Shown here piece after piece: positions 11,353 through 25,034 of a DNA stretch of 64,000 nt; the stretch's first letter is position 1, and every line of letters begins with the position of its first letter. Source of the DNA: Mobula hypostoma (taxonomy: Eukaryota); assembly GCF_963921235.1 (NCBI RefSeq), contig NC_086097.1:249428001-249492000 (forward strand), in the 5' to 3' direction. The position numbers and the translations under genes were made by a program. The notes under the pieces were generated by a model. That model was not told the origin of the DNA and ran no database searches. It saw nothing but the letters and a program-made list of their open reading frames with translations.

Positions 11353-14075
11353 AGAATTAACATATATAACATAAATACTGGTATTTTTCCAAGGAAAACT
11401 AGTCCTTGTACTGTGATACATTGTCTACATTAAGTGCCTACAAGTTCACAAAATCTAAAAATAGACAAAAATCTTTTTTTTTGCACATCTTCCATTTGAA
11501 AACAAATTTTCTGGAAGGTACTTATGAAATAATACTGAAGATATAAAACTGACTTCATATAAAAGACAGGCTCGTGTGCGCACCAGGTACAAAAATAAAG
11601 AGCAAAAGGTAGAGGTGAAGATGGTGCACAACATTCAGCTTGACAGTACAATGTCACTCATTTTAGAAATGGATTGAAGTTGAAAATGCTCCATCAGTTA
11701 GCACGCATTAATACTTTCATATGGCACTTCATAAAGTTGTATCTCAAAACCTTCATAAGAATTTAAATATCATATACACTATAAATATTTCAGCTCCAGC
11801 CCATTAATTAACACTTCATTTTTTTTACCTTTCAAGGATAATTAAAATAATAAATTCCAGCTTATTTTATACATTTAAATGATTGTCATACTATAGCCAT
11901 GGCTCTGAGCAAAAGTAGAGAGCAATTCTGTTACTCAAAGAGAGGGACGCTTTCTGATAAACTTGGAAAAATTCATTTAAAATGAAGCAAGAATCTGGAA
12001 ATTTGCTAGATCCTGCATTTGTGTGCTGTTATAGATATATAATGGCCTTAAAATACAGCAAAAAAATATTTTCACACCTTCAAAACTCACTACTTGAGTA
12101 AAAATTGTAATTCTTAAAGGGGAAGGAAAGTTACATATTCAAAATTTTCTATATATATATATTTAATATCTCCCACCCTCCCTGCATTCCTTCCCCTTTA
12201 ACTGAAAAAGCAACCATTTAAAATACATTTTCTGCAATGTACAAATATCAATTAAAACTTTTAAAAAGGCAACACTGGTGAATTACTGTGCAAAACTCTC
12301 CTTCATTACAAGTCTTCTTAAACTTCAATATATTTCATTTCAAATATTTGCAGAAAATGTATTCCATTCTAATCAAATTTCATGGTTTAATTTATTTTCT
12401 TTTTTTGGTATCACTTAAAGGAGCATGAACAAATCTTTTTTCTTAAGAAGAAGCACCTAAATCTTATTTCAAATAAAACTTGATTTTGTACAAAATCCTT
12501 AGATGGATTGAATTAATGTCATATATAAATCAGCCACAATGGAATGGCAGAGCAGACTTAATGGGACAAATGGCCCAATTCTGCTCCAATGTCTTAAAGT
12601 CTTATGGTCTAATAGTGAGATTTTGCAAGAAAACAGAAAACCGAAATGCTCTCAATGAAAGAGTGTACGGGAAAGTGCACAAAAGAGGATGTTGTCAGGA
12701 ATAGGTGGCCCGAGTTTAGAAGGAATGATTTGGTTCTGTGTGGCTGACAGTTGAATTGATTTGCTACAAATGCACTGCAATTTGCATGAAGATTACTTTA
12801 GCTGCCTCACATCAGGAGAAAACAATGGAACCATGTGAGGTGTAGTTTTACGTAAGAAGTTTAAAAGCTGTGTATGACTTCCTCCAAATTTTGTGAACTC
12901 TAGAAAAGGGCGGGCACCGCAGTAAACCTGAATTTGCATTTTGAAGTTTCATAACTTATTGCTATGCAGATAAATCAGGAAACTGATAAACTCAAAAGAT
13001 TCTACAGATGCTGGAAATCTACAGCAACACACACACAATGCAGGAGGAACTCAGTAGATCAGGGGGCATCTATAGAGGGGAATAAACAGTTGAAATTTTG
13101 AGCCATGACCCTTCATCCGGACACACTAGTGATCTGTTGAGCTGTTAATGTTGATTTTTAATTAAATAATTTAAGTGATTTGCTTTCATTAAGGGATATT
13201 TGGGTGAAAATATTGACATAGTGCCTACTGACATTTCACAGAAGTTCACATTTAATCACGGTAAACCAGAGTAGTTATTACATTCCAATACAGTTAAACT
13301 CCAATAATCTGGCATGTGGGGACCTCGGTGGCACCAGACTGACAGATTTTCTGGACTAGTGGAAATCATTTTAACCATTTTTAAGACATTACAGAGAAGG
13401 ATAAATTTTCTAATGGACCAGTTAAGTTGGAGGGCAGCAGGGGGAAGCATGAGCAGGACTGAAGAGAGCTTGGGAACTGTGGCCTCTGAGAGTGTGGACA
13501 TCATGATTCCATTGAGGGCAAGGGAATGTGAGAACTAGGGCAGCAGTGTAATAAAGGTAACTCTGGTATGTTGAAGGGCTCATGGAAACCAGGGTCTCTG
13601 TGGTTGGGAAAGGAGAATGGAATCTGGGGCCCCAGTGAGAGAGAAGGGAGCAGAGGCCTCAGTGAGTGCACCTGGTGATTCTCAATAATGACAGACATTA
13701 CTGGGGTAATGCTTGAACCATCAGGGTTTCAATACCAAGATTATAAGAGTCTTACCCGATTTAGGACATTTTGAAACTCTACAATGGGAAGGATTAATAC
13801 TAAATTTCTGAAGTATTATTTTGGTCATATTTGGGAGTTATGTGCAGACTCAAAGTATGATAGCTGCACATTGCATAGATTATCAAAACCAATCATGGGT
13901 ATGGAATGGAATTGGCTTCTGATAATTTTACACGAGGTGCTCAAGCTGTTAGATGTAGGATTTGGGAAAGGTTGGGTTACATTGCCTGAACATACTCGAA
14001 TTTCTGTCTTTTGTGAAACCCACCAGAGTCTGTAGAGTGCGTGAAACTTTCTGGTCCTCAGAACAACCTTTAAAT

Positions 14076-14151
14076 CAAGGATTCCCAGCCTGCGGTCTGG
14101 TCCACAGACCCCAAGGGGTCCTTGGCTTAAAAAAAAGGTTGGGAACCTCTG
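14076..14151. mobile_element. hAT MITE, same family as 2965-3047
   Basis: TIRs CAAGGATTCCCAGCC/GGTTGGGAACCTCTG; TSD CTTTAAAT/CTTTAAAA. Confidence 0.8.
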
Positions 14152-15019
14152 CTTTAAAAGCACAGAGAGATATGAAACACAATTAACACTGCTCCTATGA
14201 ATATAATTCATAGAAAATATGATCAGTTTTGAAGATAGTTAGATGGGTTTGATATTCCTAACCTTAATTCTTAATAACTACATTAGATAGTGGTGTTTTC
14301 GCAACTTCATTGTAGTGCTTTCAAGTCCACTGCTGTGACTACACACTAGGGAAATGGTAATTATACTTTCTATCTGTTTCAAATAAAAATTAAATTATTT
14401 CATCATGTTGTAAATAATTAAAAGATAGCCTAAGCACAGTTATCTGTAGTAAACAGAAAGGTATTAACATTGTTACGCAATTCAAAGCTGTAGTGCAATT
14501 GTACTTTGTGTTTAAACGTATTGTTATGGTTGAAGATTCTGAGGATTATGGCTAGGGATTGGAGCATTGCTTACAATTCCTGTCTGTAATTTAGAACACT
14601 TCTCTGGAAAGAGAACATCCAGGAAAGAACTTGAATTAATGTAGCACTTTATACATGCTTAAGTCAATTTAAAGCACTCTCCAGGTAGTGAAAATATTTT
14701 ACAAATGTTACTACTGTTACTAATGGAAGAAAAAGTTGTGAGTTACATCAAGGGATGGACGGGCAAGAACTCTTGAGGAACTTATTAGAACCTCTAAGAT
14801 TAAAGACAAATGGAAGATTATGATTGCCCATGTCATACGACATGGCACTTAATGATAATGACTGCTGTCATACTGGTGAATGATGTGGTAAGTTGCACTT
14901 TGTTTAGTGAACAGTAATGATATAAATAGCCAGATAGTTTTTCCGTCTGTATTGGTTTAGGGAAAAAAAGTTGATCAGAATCATGAGGAACTAAATTAGT
15001 TTGCTTTTAGTACGTATTT

Positions 15020-15420
15020 GATGCTGTACTCACTGGAGCTTAGAAGAATGAAACCTGTCAAATACTGAAAGGGCTAGACAGAGTGGATGTGGAGACAATG
15101 TTTCCTATGGTGGGTGAGTCTACGATGAGAAGTCACAGCCTCAGAATGTCCATTTAGGGCTGAGACGAGGAGGAATTTCTTTAGCCAGATAATGAATCTG
15201 TGGAATTCATTGTCACAGACAGGCGTGGAGGCCAAGTCATTGAGTATATTTAAAACAGAGGTCCATAGGCTCTCAATTACTACTTACTAATAAGGGTGTC
15301 AAAGGTTACAGGGAGAAGGCAGGAGAATGCAGTTGAGTGGGATAGTAAATCAGCCATGATGGAATGGTGGAACAGACTCGATGGGCCAAATGGCCTAATT
15401 CTGAAACTATGTCTTTTGGA
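15020..15420 (+). mobile_element. CR1 3' fragment
   Basis: Remnants of YSLELRRM and NLWNSL, plus the CR1 3'UTR (GATGGGCCAAATGGCCTAATTCTG). Confidence 0.8.
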
Positions 15421-18253
15421 ATAGTGCCAATTTATTTCTTACATTAACTTCAACAAAAATGTTCAAATTTTAAGTCCTTTTTTGCAAGACAACACTAACA
15501 TTTTTTTAGTGCTGCAACTATATCAATGCGCCTGGATTCTGAACTCATGTCCTGACGAGGAAGCAAGTGAGATAGTTATTTGGGTTGCATTTTACTTCAT
15601 TTATCACAGCACATCACACGAACCCTTACGGCCTACTCTGCTCACAATGACCTGGGGCATATTGAGTCAAGGAAGTAACAGCTCTTAAAAATCAATCCAC
15701 ATTGTAAGGATTTTGTCCAAATTAAACGCAAGGTAAAAATGGCACCAGTTAAAGATCGGAACTCATCGGTAGTGTTCTATTTCATATGAGTTTTGCTATT
15801 TCAGGGATCAGGTGGCGATGACTATGAGGATATACATACACAGTCATTAATAATAAACTTGTTCATGCTCTTTACAATAAAAGTGCTACCATTTCCTTCA
15901 AACATAACTTCGCTTGTAATACTGATTAGGATGTAAACTCTTTAGTACAATGATAATAAACATATATATATTTCTAGGAAAAACTACATAAAGTTAAAGA
16001 GAGCACAAAATTACTGAGTTGTGGTTGAGTGACGACAGGTAGTGTTGAAAACACTGAACTTACACAGAGCCCACGTCAGTGAAGAATTAACGGAATTAGC
16101 TACTGAAACAAAGAGTAGTCAGATTGATGTCAAATTTCTTAAATTCCATTAATGGTTTATCTGCCAAAAGTTAGCAATTTGGTTCCAAAGAATTCTGCTT
16201 TAATAGATGTTCTACTCTCCATTGACCCTAAATAAACTTCCACCCAAGCCACAATTTTTTTAACCTTCTTGTGAGTCAAAAATGAAATTTATCCTTTCTA
16301 TCCTGGCAATAAAAGTATAATGCACACCCAGAGTAACAGACACAAAATGTTGGAGGAACTCAGGAGGTCAGGCAGCATCTAAGGGGGAGGGATAAACAGT
16401 CACGAAGCATCTCGGCTCAAAACGTTAACTTGTTTATTCCCCTCCATAGATGCTGCTTGACCTGCTGAGCATCTGCAGAATCTCCTGTTTATGATTTGCA
16501 CAACCTGAATCTGTTCCAATTTATTACATGTACTTAAACTCGTCCCTCTGCACTTTCCTTACAATCCAACAAATATTTTTCTTTAAATGTTTATCCGTTT
16601 CCCATTTAAATATTAATCCATCTGCTTTTCAGCAGCATATTTCAGATTACTATAACTCCTTATTCTAGATGCAGATAGCCAGATTTGTCTATAGATTGTA
16701 GAAGCACACTTAGAAACAGAATTATTCATTCAATCATTATTTATTTCAAAGTCAAGATTTAAAAGAAATCTTTATAACTACACAGATAGAAGAGATTCTG
16801 CAGATGTTAGAAATCTTGAGCAGCACACACAACATGCTGGAGGAACTCAGGTGAGGCAGCATTAATGGAGGGAAATGAACGGTTGATATTTTGGGCCGAG
16901 ATCCTTCTTCAGCCTTGATGACGGGTCTCAGCCTGAAACTTCAACTGTTCATTTTCCCTCCATAGTTGCTGCCTGACCTGCTGAATTCCTCGAGCATTTT
17001 GTGTGGTTGAAGGCTATGTGCAGCATTTATGAAATTCATTGGGAACTTCGAGTTTTGAATAATAAATACAAAAGGAAAGTGGACGTGTATTTTGAAAGCT
17101 GAAAAGTAATGTCTTTTAAAAGAGATAGGGTAGACCAAAGAGACAGTCGGACAAACAGTAGCGGTGACCTAATGGCACAGCAAAATTGATAGTTTAAAAC
17201 AAAATAGCTAATATGAAGATTTAAGGAAAACTCCAACAATCTGACACCCAAATAAATTTACTTTGAACCCTCAGGACTTTGGAGATTTTTTGGAGGACCG
17301 GATATCACAATTGATTTAACCTAGTTCTACTTCCTGAGGAAAGGTTAATTCCCTATTAGAAAAGTTTCACAAAATACCCAAATTCATTTTTTTTTAAGTA
17401 TAAGAACTTTTCCAGTGTTCATGGAGATTTTAAAGGAAGTACGAGATACACACATGGGGAACAACCAGGAGAGCCTGATGCCGAACCATCGGAATTTCTA
17501 AACAAGAGACTCTAAAAAACGCAGTTTTAGAGTTTTATAACGATTAAACATGATACAGGAGGAACACCAGCTAAAGCAATTATAGCACGAGGATCAATAC
17601 GATAAGGCCAAGAGAAGGATATTAAAATTAACAGTAAAAAACAATTTTCAAGAAAAACTCATAGTAAAGGCAGTGAATGCTGAATGCAATCAATTGAAAG
17701 AAAGTGGAAAGCAGCCAGTAAAATGGAATTAATACTGTGAAGAAGTTTTGATGATTTAAATACAAATTCAAAACAAAAAAAGTAAAATAAATAGGTTGAA
17801 GTCAAATAAAGAAGGTAGCTTATAAGTGGAGTTCTGTACAGAACATACATTGGATTGTACTGCATTGGAAGAGGTTACCATAGAGCATGTGGTATCCTTG
17901 TACATTAACTGATTAGTAATATGGCTTATTCCAGGAGAATTAATCATATTTGTTTTGAAAGAAATTCTGGTAATGGTCAAAATATATGATGGAAAAGTAT
18001 ATTTTTTTACTTGGTGGAATAAAATTAAATATTTTTAAAATTTTTTTTTCCAATTTATGTGACCTTTAACAAAGTGTTGAGAATAGGGAACTCTGAAGTA
18101 GAAACCAGTAACAGATGTAAAGAATAGACAAGACAGCAGGCAGGATAGCAGGAAGTTCATGTGAAGTTTAAACACGACGCAGACCGGTTAGCCCACATGG
18201 TCAGTTTCTATGCTGTATATTCTACGTAACTGTGGGTCTGAAAGTATAAACTA

Positions 18254-18778
18254 CACACAGTGGCCACTTTATTAGTTACATCAGTACACCTGCTCATTAC
18301 TGCAAAAATCTAATCAGCCAATCATGTGGCAGCAACTCAATGCAGACATGGTGAAGAGGTTCAGTTGTTGTACAGATCAAACATCAGAATGGGGAAGAAA
18401 AGTGATCTAAGTGACTTTGACCGTGGAATGATTGTTGGTGCCAGACGCAGTGGTTTGAGTATCTCAAACTGCTGATCTCCTGGGATTTTCACACACAACA
18501 GTGTCTAGAGTTTCCAGACAGTGGTGCAAAAAACAAAAAAAATCCAGTGAGTGGCAGTTCTGTGGCCAAAAACACCTTGTCAATGAGAAAGGTTAGAGAA
18601 GAATGGCCAGACTGGTTCAGGCTGACAGGAAGGCGACAGAAACCGAAATAACAATGTCTATTACAACAGAACACCATCTCTGAACACACAACACATTGAA
18701 CCTTGAAGTGCATGGGCTACAGCAGCAGAAGACCAAACCAGGTTCCACTTCTGTACCTAATAAAGTAGCCACTGAGTG
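18254..18778 (+). mobile_element. Non-autonomous Tc1-like element, intact ends
   Basis: TA-flanked TIRs CACACAGTGGCCACTTTATTAG / CTAATAAAGTAGCCACTGAGTG; remnant MGKKSDLSDFDRGMIVGARR. Confidence 0.88.
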
Positions 18779-19221
18779 TACCTCCGTTAAAGTTTCAATG
18801 TGCTTGACAGATCTGCTGGTAGAATTGATAAATTAGTAAAGGTAGTGAGCTCGGTTATTTCTTACTTTAGGCCCAATTCCCTGTTGCACTCTGCACTTGC
18901 AAATTGCTGTACACTAAGATGCAAATTCTTTCAAACTTCTCACAAAAATAAACACATTAAAATTATTAGCTATCTTGAACAGCTTTCATTTTAAATACAA
19001 TAGACACACCCTTCATTAAAAGGTTTGTATAAAGATATATTTTGGACTACTACTTAAAAAGTACTGAAGTTTAAGCTTTGTGTATCTCATTGGCTTTCTT
19101 TTTTTTTTACCTCTTTTGTTTCTATGTTGAGATTTGTAGCTCAGTCATTAAAGTACACCTTCTGGTTGTAGTTCAAAGGCAAAGTGAATGTAGCCTTGCT
19201 CGGGTAGGAAAACAACTGGAA

Positions 19222-19428
19222 TTATAATAACCCCGACAAAGCAACAATTAGGTTTAGTAAAAGTGCAGCTGAGGAGAGGATTGTCACTGCAGTGTCAGAC
19301 GAGTCTGTTGACGAAACTTGCACCTGTGAGGTAGTGAGTGCTGACAGCGGGACGTGGGCCATTAGAGCTGGACTGGCAGATTGGATCAGAGAGTCTATCT
19401 TTTCAGCCTCTTTATTGCAAGCTTCAAT
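19222..19428 (-). CDS. RECK: RECK terminal coding exon (human exon 21 equivalent) with GPI-anchor signal
   Basis: IEACNKEAEKIDSLIQSASPALMAHVPLSALTTSQVQVSSTDSSDTAVTILSSAALLLNLIVALSGLL*. Acceptor ttgcAG, TAA stop at 19222-19224, hydrophobic C-terminus. Confidence 0.96.
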   Translation of the reverse strand: MEACNKEAEKIDSLIQSASPALMAHVPLSALTTSQVQVSSTDSSDTAVTILSSAALLLNLIVALSGLL

Positions 19429-19913
19429 CTGCAATTCAAAACCAACGCAGTTAGAAGTATCTCAAAGCTCAAAGTAAATTTATTATCAAAGTACATATAC
19501 TGTATATCACTTTACACAACCCTGAGATTCATTTTCTTGCAGGCATTTGCACTAAATACAAGGAAACAAAAATAATAATAATAGATTAGCAATAAATATT
19601 GAGAGCATGTGATGAAGAGTCCTTGAAAGAGATTCCATAGGTTGTGGGAAGATTTCAGTGGTGGGGTGAAAGAAGTTATCCCCTTTGGTTCAAGAACCTG
19701 ATGGTTGGGGGCTACTAACTGTTCCTGAACTTGATGGTGTGGGTCCTGAGGCTCTTTGATGATGGATGCTGCTTTCTTGTGACAGCACTCCATATAGATC
19801 TGCTCAAGAGTGGGGGAGGGCTTTAATCATGATGGACAGGGCTTAGTGGGAATAGTTTAAAAATCCTCAAGCAGATCTTATGGAAGAGTTTGGATCACAA
19901 TAAAAGTGAATGG

Positions 19914-20186
19914 AATTTATACTTTACTTTATTGTCGTCAAACAATTGATACTAGAGCGTACAATCATCACAGCGATATTTGATTCTGCGCTTAGCGCTC
20001 CCTGGAGTACAAATCGATAGTAAATATTAAAAATTTAAATTATCAATCATAAATAGAAAAGGGAAAATAAGGTAGTGCAAAAAACCGAGAGGCAGGTCCG
20101 GATATTTAGAGGGTACGGCCCAGATCCGGGTCAGGATCCGTTCAGCAGTCTTATTCACAGTTGGAAAGAAGCTGTTCCCAAATCTG
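19914..20186 (-). mobile_element. Rex1/Babar-type LINE 3' end
   Basis: On the minus strand: NSFFPTV remnant, then a 3'UTR ending AATAAAGTAAAGTA. CpGs retained. Confidence 0.6.
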
Positions 20187-20524
20187 ACAAAAACTCACAT
20201 TTGCCCTACAATATAATCTGTAACATGGACGACTGGATTCAGGCGAGTGAAATTTTGTTTCAATAAACATGAATACCGTGGATTCCAATTAATCAAGGCA
20301 GCCACTTATTTGGGACAACTCGTAAAAAATTTTTTAAAAATTGAGAAAATCAACGGGATTCCTTTAATTTATTTGGGACACTATGCTGCTTAATTGGGGC
20401 AAGAGACTTGCCACATAGTTTCTAACTAGCGTCAGTCATGCACACTCGTGTGGCCATTAGATGCTACACCATGCTTAGAGTGAACAGTTTTTACATAGCA
20501 TCAGTTACATAGCACCACTGTAAA

Positions 20525-21530
20525 CAAATTGTCAACCAGCAGCCTTTATAAACCTACTAATTCCCACATCTTGACGAGACCTCTTCCACCCCGTCTCCAG
20601 TAAAAATGCTATTCCCTTTTCCCAGTTCCTTTGTCTCCACCGCATCTGTTCCCAGGATGTGGCTTCCTTTCCAAAACATCACAGATGTCTTCCTTCTTAA
20701 AAGGTTGGGGTTTTGTTTCCTCCACCGTTGATGGTGCCCTCACTTGCATCTCCTCCATTTCCTGAACATCCGCGCTCACCCATCTTCCTGTTGTCTTAAC
20801 AAGGATCGAGTTCCTCTTGTCCTTACCTGCCACCCCATAAACCTCTGCATCAAACACATATCCTCTGTAATTTCTGCATACTCCAAAGGGATCCTGCCAC
20901 TATACATACCTTTATCTCCCATTTTCCATGGGGATCACTCCCTCCTCGATTCCCTTGTCCATTCATCCCTCCCACTGATCTCCCTCCTGGCACGTCTCTG
21001 CAAGCTACCTAAGTGCTCCACCTGCCCACACCTCCTCCCTCACCTCCACTTAGGGCTCCAAACAGTCCTTCCAGGTGAGGCAACACTTCACCTGCAAATC
21101 TGCTGGGGTTGTCTATTGTGTCCTGTGCTCCCGATGTGTCCTCCTCTACATTGGTGAGACCTGTCATAAATTGGGGGATAGCTTCATCAAGCAACTCTGT
21201 TCCATCTGCCTAAAGCATAATTTCTCAGTGGCCAAACATTTTAATTCCAAGCCCCATTCCGACATGTCAGTGCATGGCCCTTTGGGTCAAGATAAGGCCA
21301 CCCTCGGGGTGGAGGAGAAGCACCTTATATTTTGCTTGCATAGCCTCCAACACGATGGCATTAATCCAGTAAAAAAATCCTTCCCTTCACCTCTCCTCTT
21401 TTTCTATTCCCCACTCTGGCCTTTTATTTCTTCTCATCTGCTGACCACCTCCCCTTGAGTCCCCTTCTCCTTCCCTTTCTCCTATGGTCCACTCTCCTCT
21501 CCTATCAGATTCCTTCTTCTCCTGACCTCT
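20525..21530 (+). mobile_element. Degenerate PLE 3' part (GIY-YIG region)
   Basis: GVVYCVLCSRCVLLYIGET remnant and DRVPLVLT. Confidence 0.85.
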
Positions 21531-22641
21531 ACCTCCAAAATCCCGCTTCCAATAAATGGAAGTTGTTTCCACCTAGTGTCAGGGAATCCTAGTGGCTCAT
21601 AGATCCCTTTCAATATATATCCTTAAGCAATCAATGTGTATTTTAATGTAAAATAAATCTCAGCACTGTTTCTATACTCCTACTTTTGTGGCTAGATAGC
21701 TAAGGCAAGTCTTCCTCACATTCCAGGTGCAGCTACCCTTAATGTTGGGATCTTAAAACAAATGATACACTTGTTTCAGAATGAGGGTCAACGTCATCGT
21801 GCATCCAACGTATATGATCTCAATTGACAAAGCAAAACACCACCAACATCTTTCCAGCCGATCAAACCTAGCCATAGCGTTTGGTTTCTGCCCTGCATTC
21901 ACTTTTCTAGACATACAGCAATGTACTCTTTTAAAATCATGTCACATTATTTTTCCATTAGATTTATTGATAAGAGTCCTTTTCAATCAAAGTGTACTAC
22001 TTTTCCTTAATTACTGTAAATAGGTGGCATGGTGTAATAGGTTTCATGGCAGCATAGTGGTTAATGTAACACTTTACAGCACTGACAATCCAGGTTCAAT
22101 TCCCATCACTATCTGTAAAGAACGTAAACATCACCGAAGACAGTCACAAGTTTCTACAGAAGCACCTTGGAGGGTATTCCAACTGGCTACATCACCGTCT
22201 GGTATGGAGGGACCATCGCACATCATCAAGAAAAGCTGCAGAAAGTTGTAAACCCAGCCAGCTCCATCTTCCCCAATACTGAGGACACCTTCAAAAGGTG
22301 TGTCCAAAGACACACTTCATCAGTACTTTTCCCCTCTCTTTTGGCACTTATTTAATATAATTTTTATATATACTTATTGTAATTTATAGTTTTTACTACT
22401 ATGTATTGCATTGCACTGCTGCCGCAAAACAACAAATTTCACAACTTCTCAAAGTTCAAAGCAACTTGCTGGAAGGGATGGAATGGCCTATTCCGCACTG
22501 CGTCTCTATATAAAATAATAAGTAGTTTTTGTCTGGTTAGCCCATGAAAACCTGTCCAGCTCTGTCAAATCCCTCTCAACCAGCACACAAGATGCTGGAG
22601 GAGCTCAGCAGGCCAGGGAGCGTCTATGGAAAAGAGTAAAC

Positions 22642-22677
22642 AGTTGACGTTTCGGGCCGAGTCCTTTCATCAGGACT
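22642..22677 (-). ncRNA. Hammerhead motif with intact core but mismatched stems
   Basis: Minus strand AGTC-CTGATGA-AAGGACTCGGCCC-GAAA-CGTC-AACT, in a solo PLE terminus (~22580-22680). Confidence 0.55.
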
Positions 22678-23497
22678 CTCAACCATCTGTGCTCCAAGGA
22701 GAATGGCGTCAGCTACTGCATTCTTACTTTGCAACTGGAATCGTAAATTTTAGTAAATTAAGGCTTTTTCAGGACATTGAAGGAAACTCCATTGATCTAT
22801 TCGAAATAGTGCTGTGGAATCTTACATCCACTCAAGAAAGCAGATTTAGTCTTAGCTTTCTTGTCTGAGAGAAGCTACCACTGAGAGTGCAGCACACTCT
22901 TAAGGCTGCCATAGAGTAGCAGCCTAGACCATGTGTGTCAGAAGGGCACAACTGGCAGCTCAATGTTCCAGTATGCCTGCTGCAGGTGTGATAGAAGTGC
23001 AGGTAAGGGAAGAGGGGTAGTTGCCTTTCTGATGAGGGATGGCATAACAGCGTGTAGGAGATTGAGTGGTATGAAATCATACTGGGTCTTTTCTCCAGGA
23101 AAGGTGACTAAAAGCTAGAGGGCAAAGGTTTAAGATGGGAAGTGAGACGTTTGAAATCTTCCATCATTAAGAACACTCCCCATGCTGGACATGCCTTCTT
23201 CTCATTACTAACATCAAGGAGGGGGTACACGGGCCTGAAGACCTACACTCAACATATTAGGAATGGCTTCTTCTCTTCAAGAATCAGATTTCTGAACAGT
23301 CTACAAACACACAAACATTATCCGTCATCAGATTTCTGAACAGTTCATGAAACCATGAACACTACTTCACTATTCCTCTTTTGCACTATTTAATTTTTAC
23401 TGTAATTATGTTTTGCACTGTGCTGCTGCCACACACAATAAATATCAGTGAAGATAAAACTTGATTCAGAATCTTCTTCATGCAGAAGGTGGTGCAT

Positions 23498-24936
23498 ATT
23501 ATAGACTGGTTAGCCTAACATCGGTGGTGGGGAAACTGCTGGAGTCAGTTATCAAAGATGTGATAACAGCACATTTGGAAAGCGGTGAAATCATCGGACA
23601 AAGTCAGCATGGATTTATGAAAGGAAAATCATGTCTGACGAATCTCATAGAATTTTTTGAGGATGTAACTAGTAGAGTGGATAGGGGAGAACCAGTGGAT
23701 GTGGTATATTTGGATTTTCAAAAGGCTTTTGACAAGGTCCCACACAGGAGATTAGTATACAAACTTAAAGCACACGGTATTGGGGGTAAGGTATTGATGT
23801 GGATGGAGAATTGGTTGGCAGACAGGAAGCAAAGAATGGGAATAAACGGGACCTTTTCAGAATGGCAGGCAGTGACTACTGGGGTACCGCAAGGCTCAGT
23901 GCTGGGACCCCAGTTGTTTACAATATATATTAATGACTTGGATGAGGGAATTAAATGCAGCATCTCCAAGTTTGCGGATGACACGAAGCTGGGTGGCAGT
24001 GTTAGCTGTGAGGAGGATGCTAAGAGGATGCAGAGTGACTTGGATAGGTTGGGTGAGTGGGCAAATTCATGGCAGATGCAATTTAATGTGGATAAATGTG
24101 AAGTTATCCAGTTTGGTGGCAAAAATAGGAAAACAGGTTATTATCTGAATGGTGGCAAAAATAGGAAAACAGGTTATTATTTGAATGGTGGCCGATTAGG
24201 AAAAGGGGAGGTGCAACGAGACCTGGGTGTCATTATACACCAGTCATTGAAAGTGGGCATCCAGGTAGAGCAGGCGGTGAAAAAGGCGAATGGTATGCTG
24301 GCATTTATAGCAAGAGGATTCGAGTACAGGAGCAGGGAGGTACTACTGCAGTTGTACAAGGCCTTGGTGAGACCACACCTAGAGTATTGTGTGCAGTTTT
24401 GGTCCCCTAATCTGAGGAAAGACATCTTTGCCATAGAGGGAGTACAAAGAAGGTTCACCAGATTGATACCTGGGACGGCAGGACTTTCATATGAAGAAAG
24501 ACTGGATGAACTGGGCTTGTACTTGTTGGAATTTAGAAGATTGAGGGGGGATCTGAATGAAACGTATAAAATCCTAAAGGGATTGGACAGGCTAGATGCA
24601 GGAAGATTGTTCCCGATGTTGGGGAAGTCCAGAACAAGGGGTCACAATTTGAGGATAGAGGGGAAGCCTTTTAGGACCGAGATTAGGAAAAACTTCTTCA
24701 CACAGAGAGTGGTGAATCTGTGGAATTCTCTGCCACAGGAAACAGTTGAGGCCAGTTCATTGGCTATATTTAAGAGGGAGTTAGATATGGCCCTTGTGGC
24801 TACGGGGATCAGGGGGTATGGAGGGAAGGCTAGGGCGGGGTTCTGAGTTGGATGATCAGCCATGATCATAATAAATGGCGGTGCAGGCTCAAAGGGCCGA
24901 ATGGCCTACTCCTGCACCTATTTTCTACGTTTTTCT
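23498..24936 (+). mobile_element. CR1 LINE, 5'-truncated, open RT frame, nested in an older CR1 3' fragment
   Basis: Uninterrupted RT (YLDFQKAFD, GVPQGSVLGP, KFADD) to the stop at 24846. The flanks join into an FFMQKVV..PEKVVE-like CR1 tail. Confidence 0.93.
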
Positions 24937-25034
24937 ATATGTGAAGTGAGCAGCCGGAGAAGGTGGTTGAGACAGGACCCATAACAACATACAGAAGACA
25001 TGTGGATAAGTATACAGATAGGAAGGATACAGAG

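Larger units (their letters stand above)
11330..19221 (-). other. RECK: Putative long RECK 3'UTR, TE-interrupted in its middle part
   Basis: Runs from the stop codon to the best poly(A) site. The distal 11.15-12.5 kb block is TE-free, U-rich on the minus strand, and carries miRNA seed matches. The extent is inferred, not shown. Confidence 0.5.

Noticed and set aside
17300..18030. Possible L1-like ORF1/endonuclease remnant; likewise a possible L2-like remnant at ~13.26-13.7 kb
   Set aside because: Only faint motif resemblance by eye, too degraded to call without an HMM search.
23461..24846. 461-aa ORF as a functional or domesticated RT gene
   Set aside because: 5'-truncated CR1 with no endonuclease and no ATG start of its own; the apparent start lies in flanking repeat.
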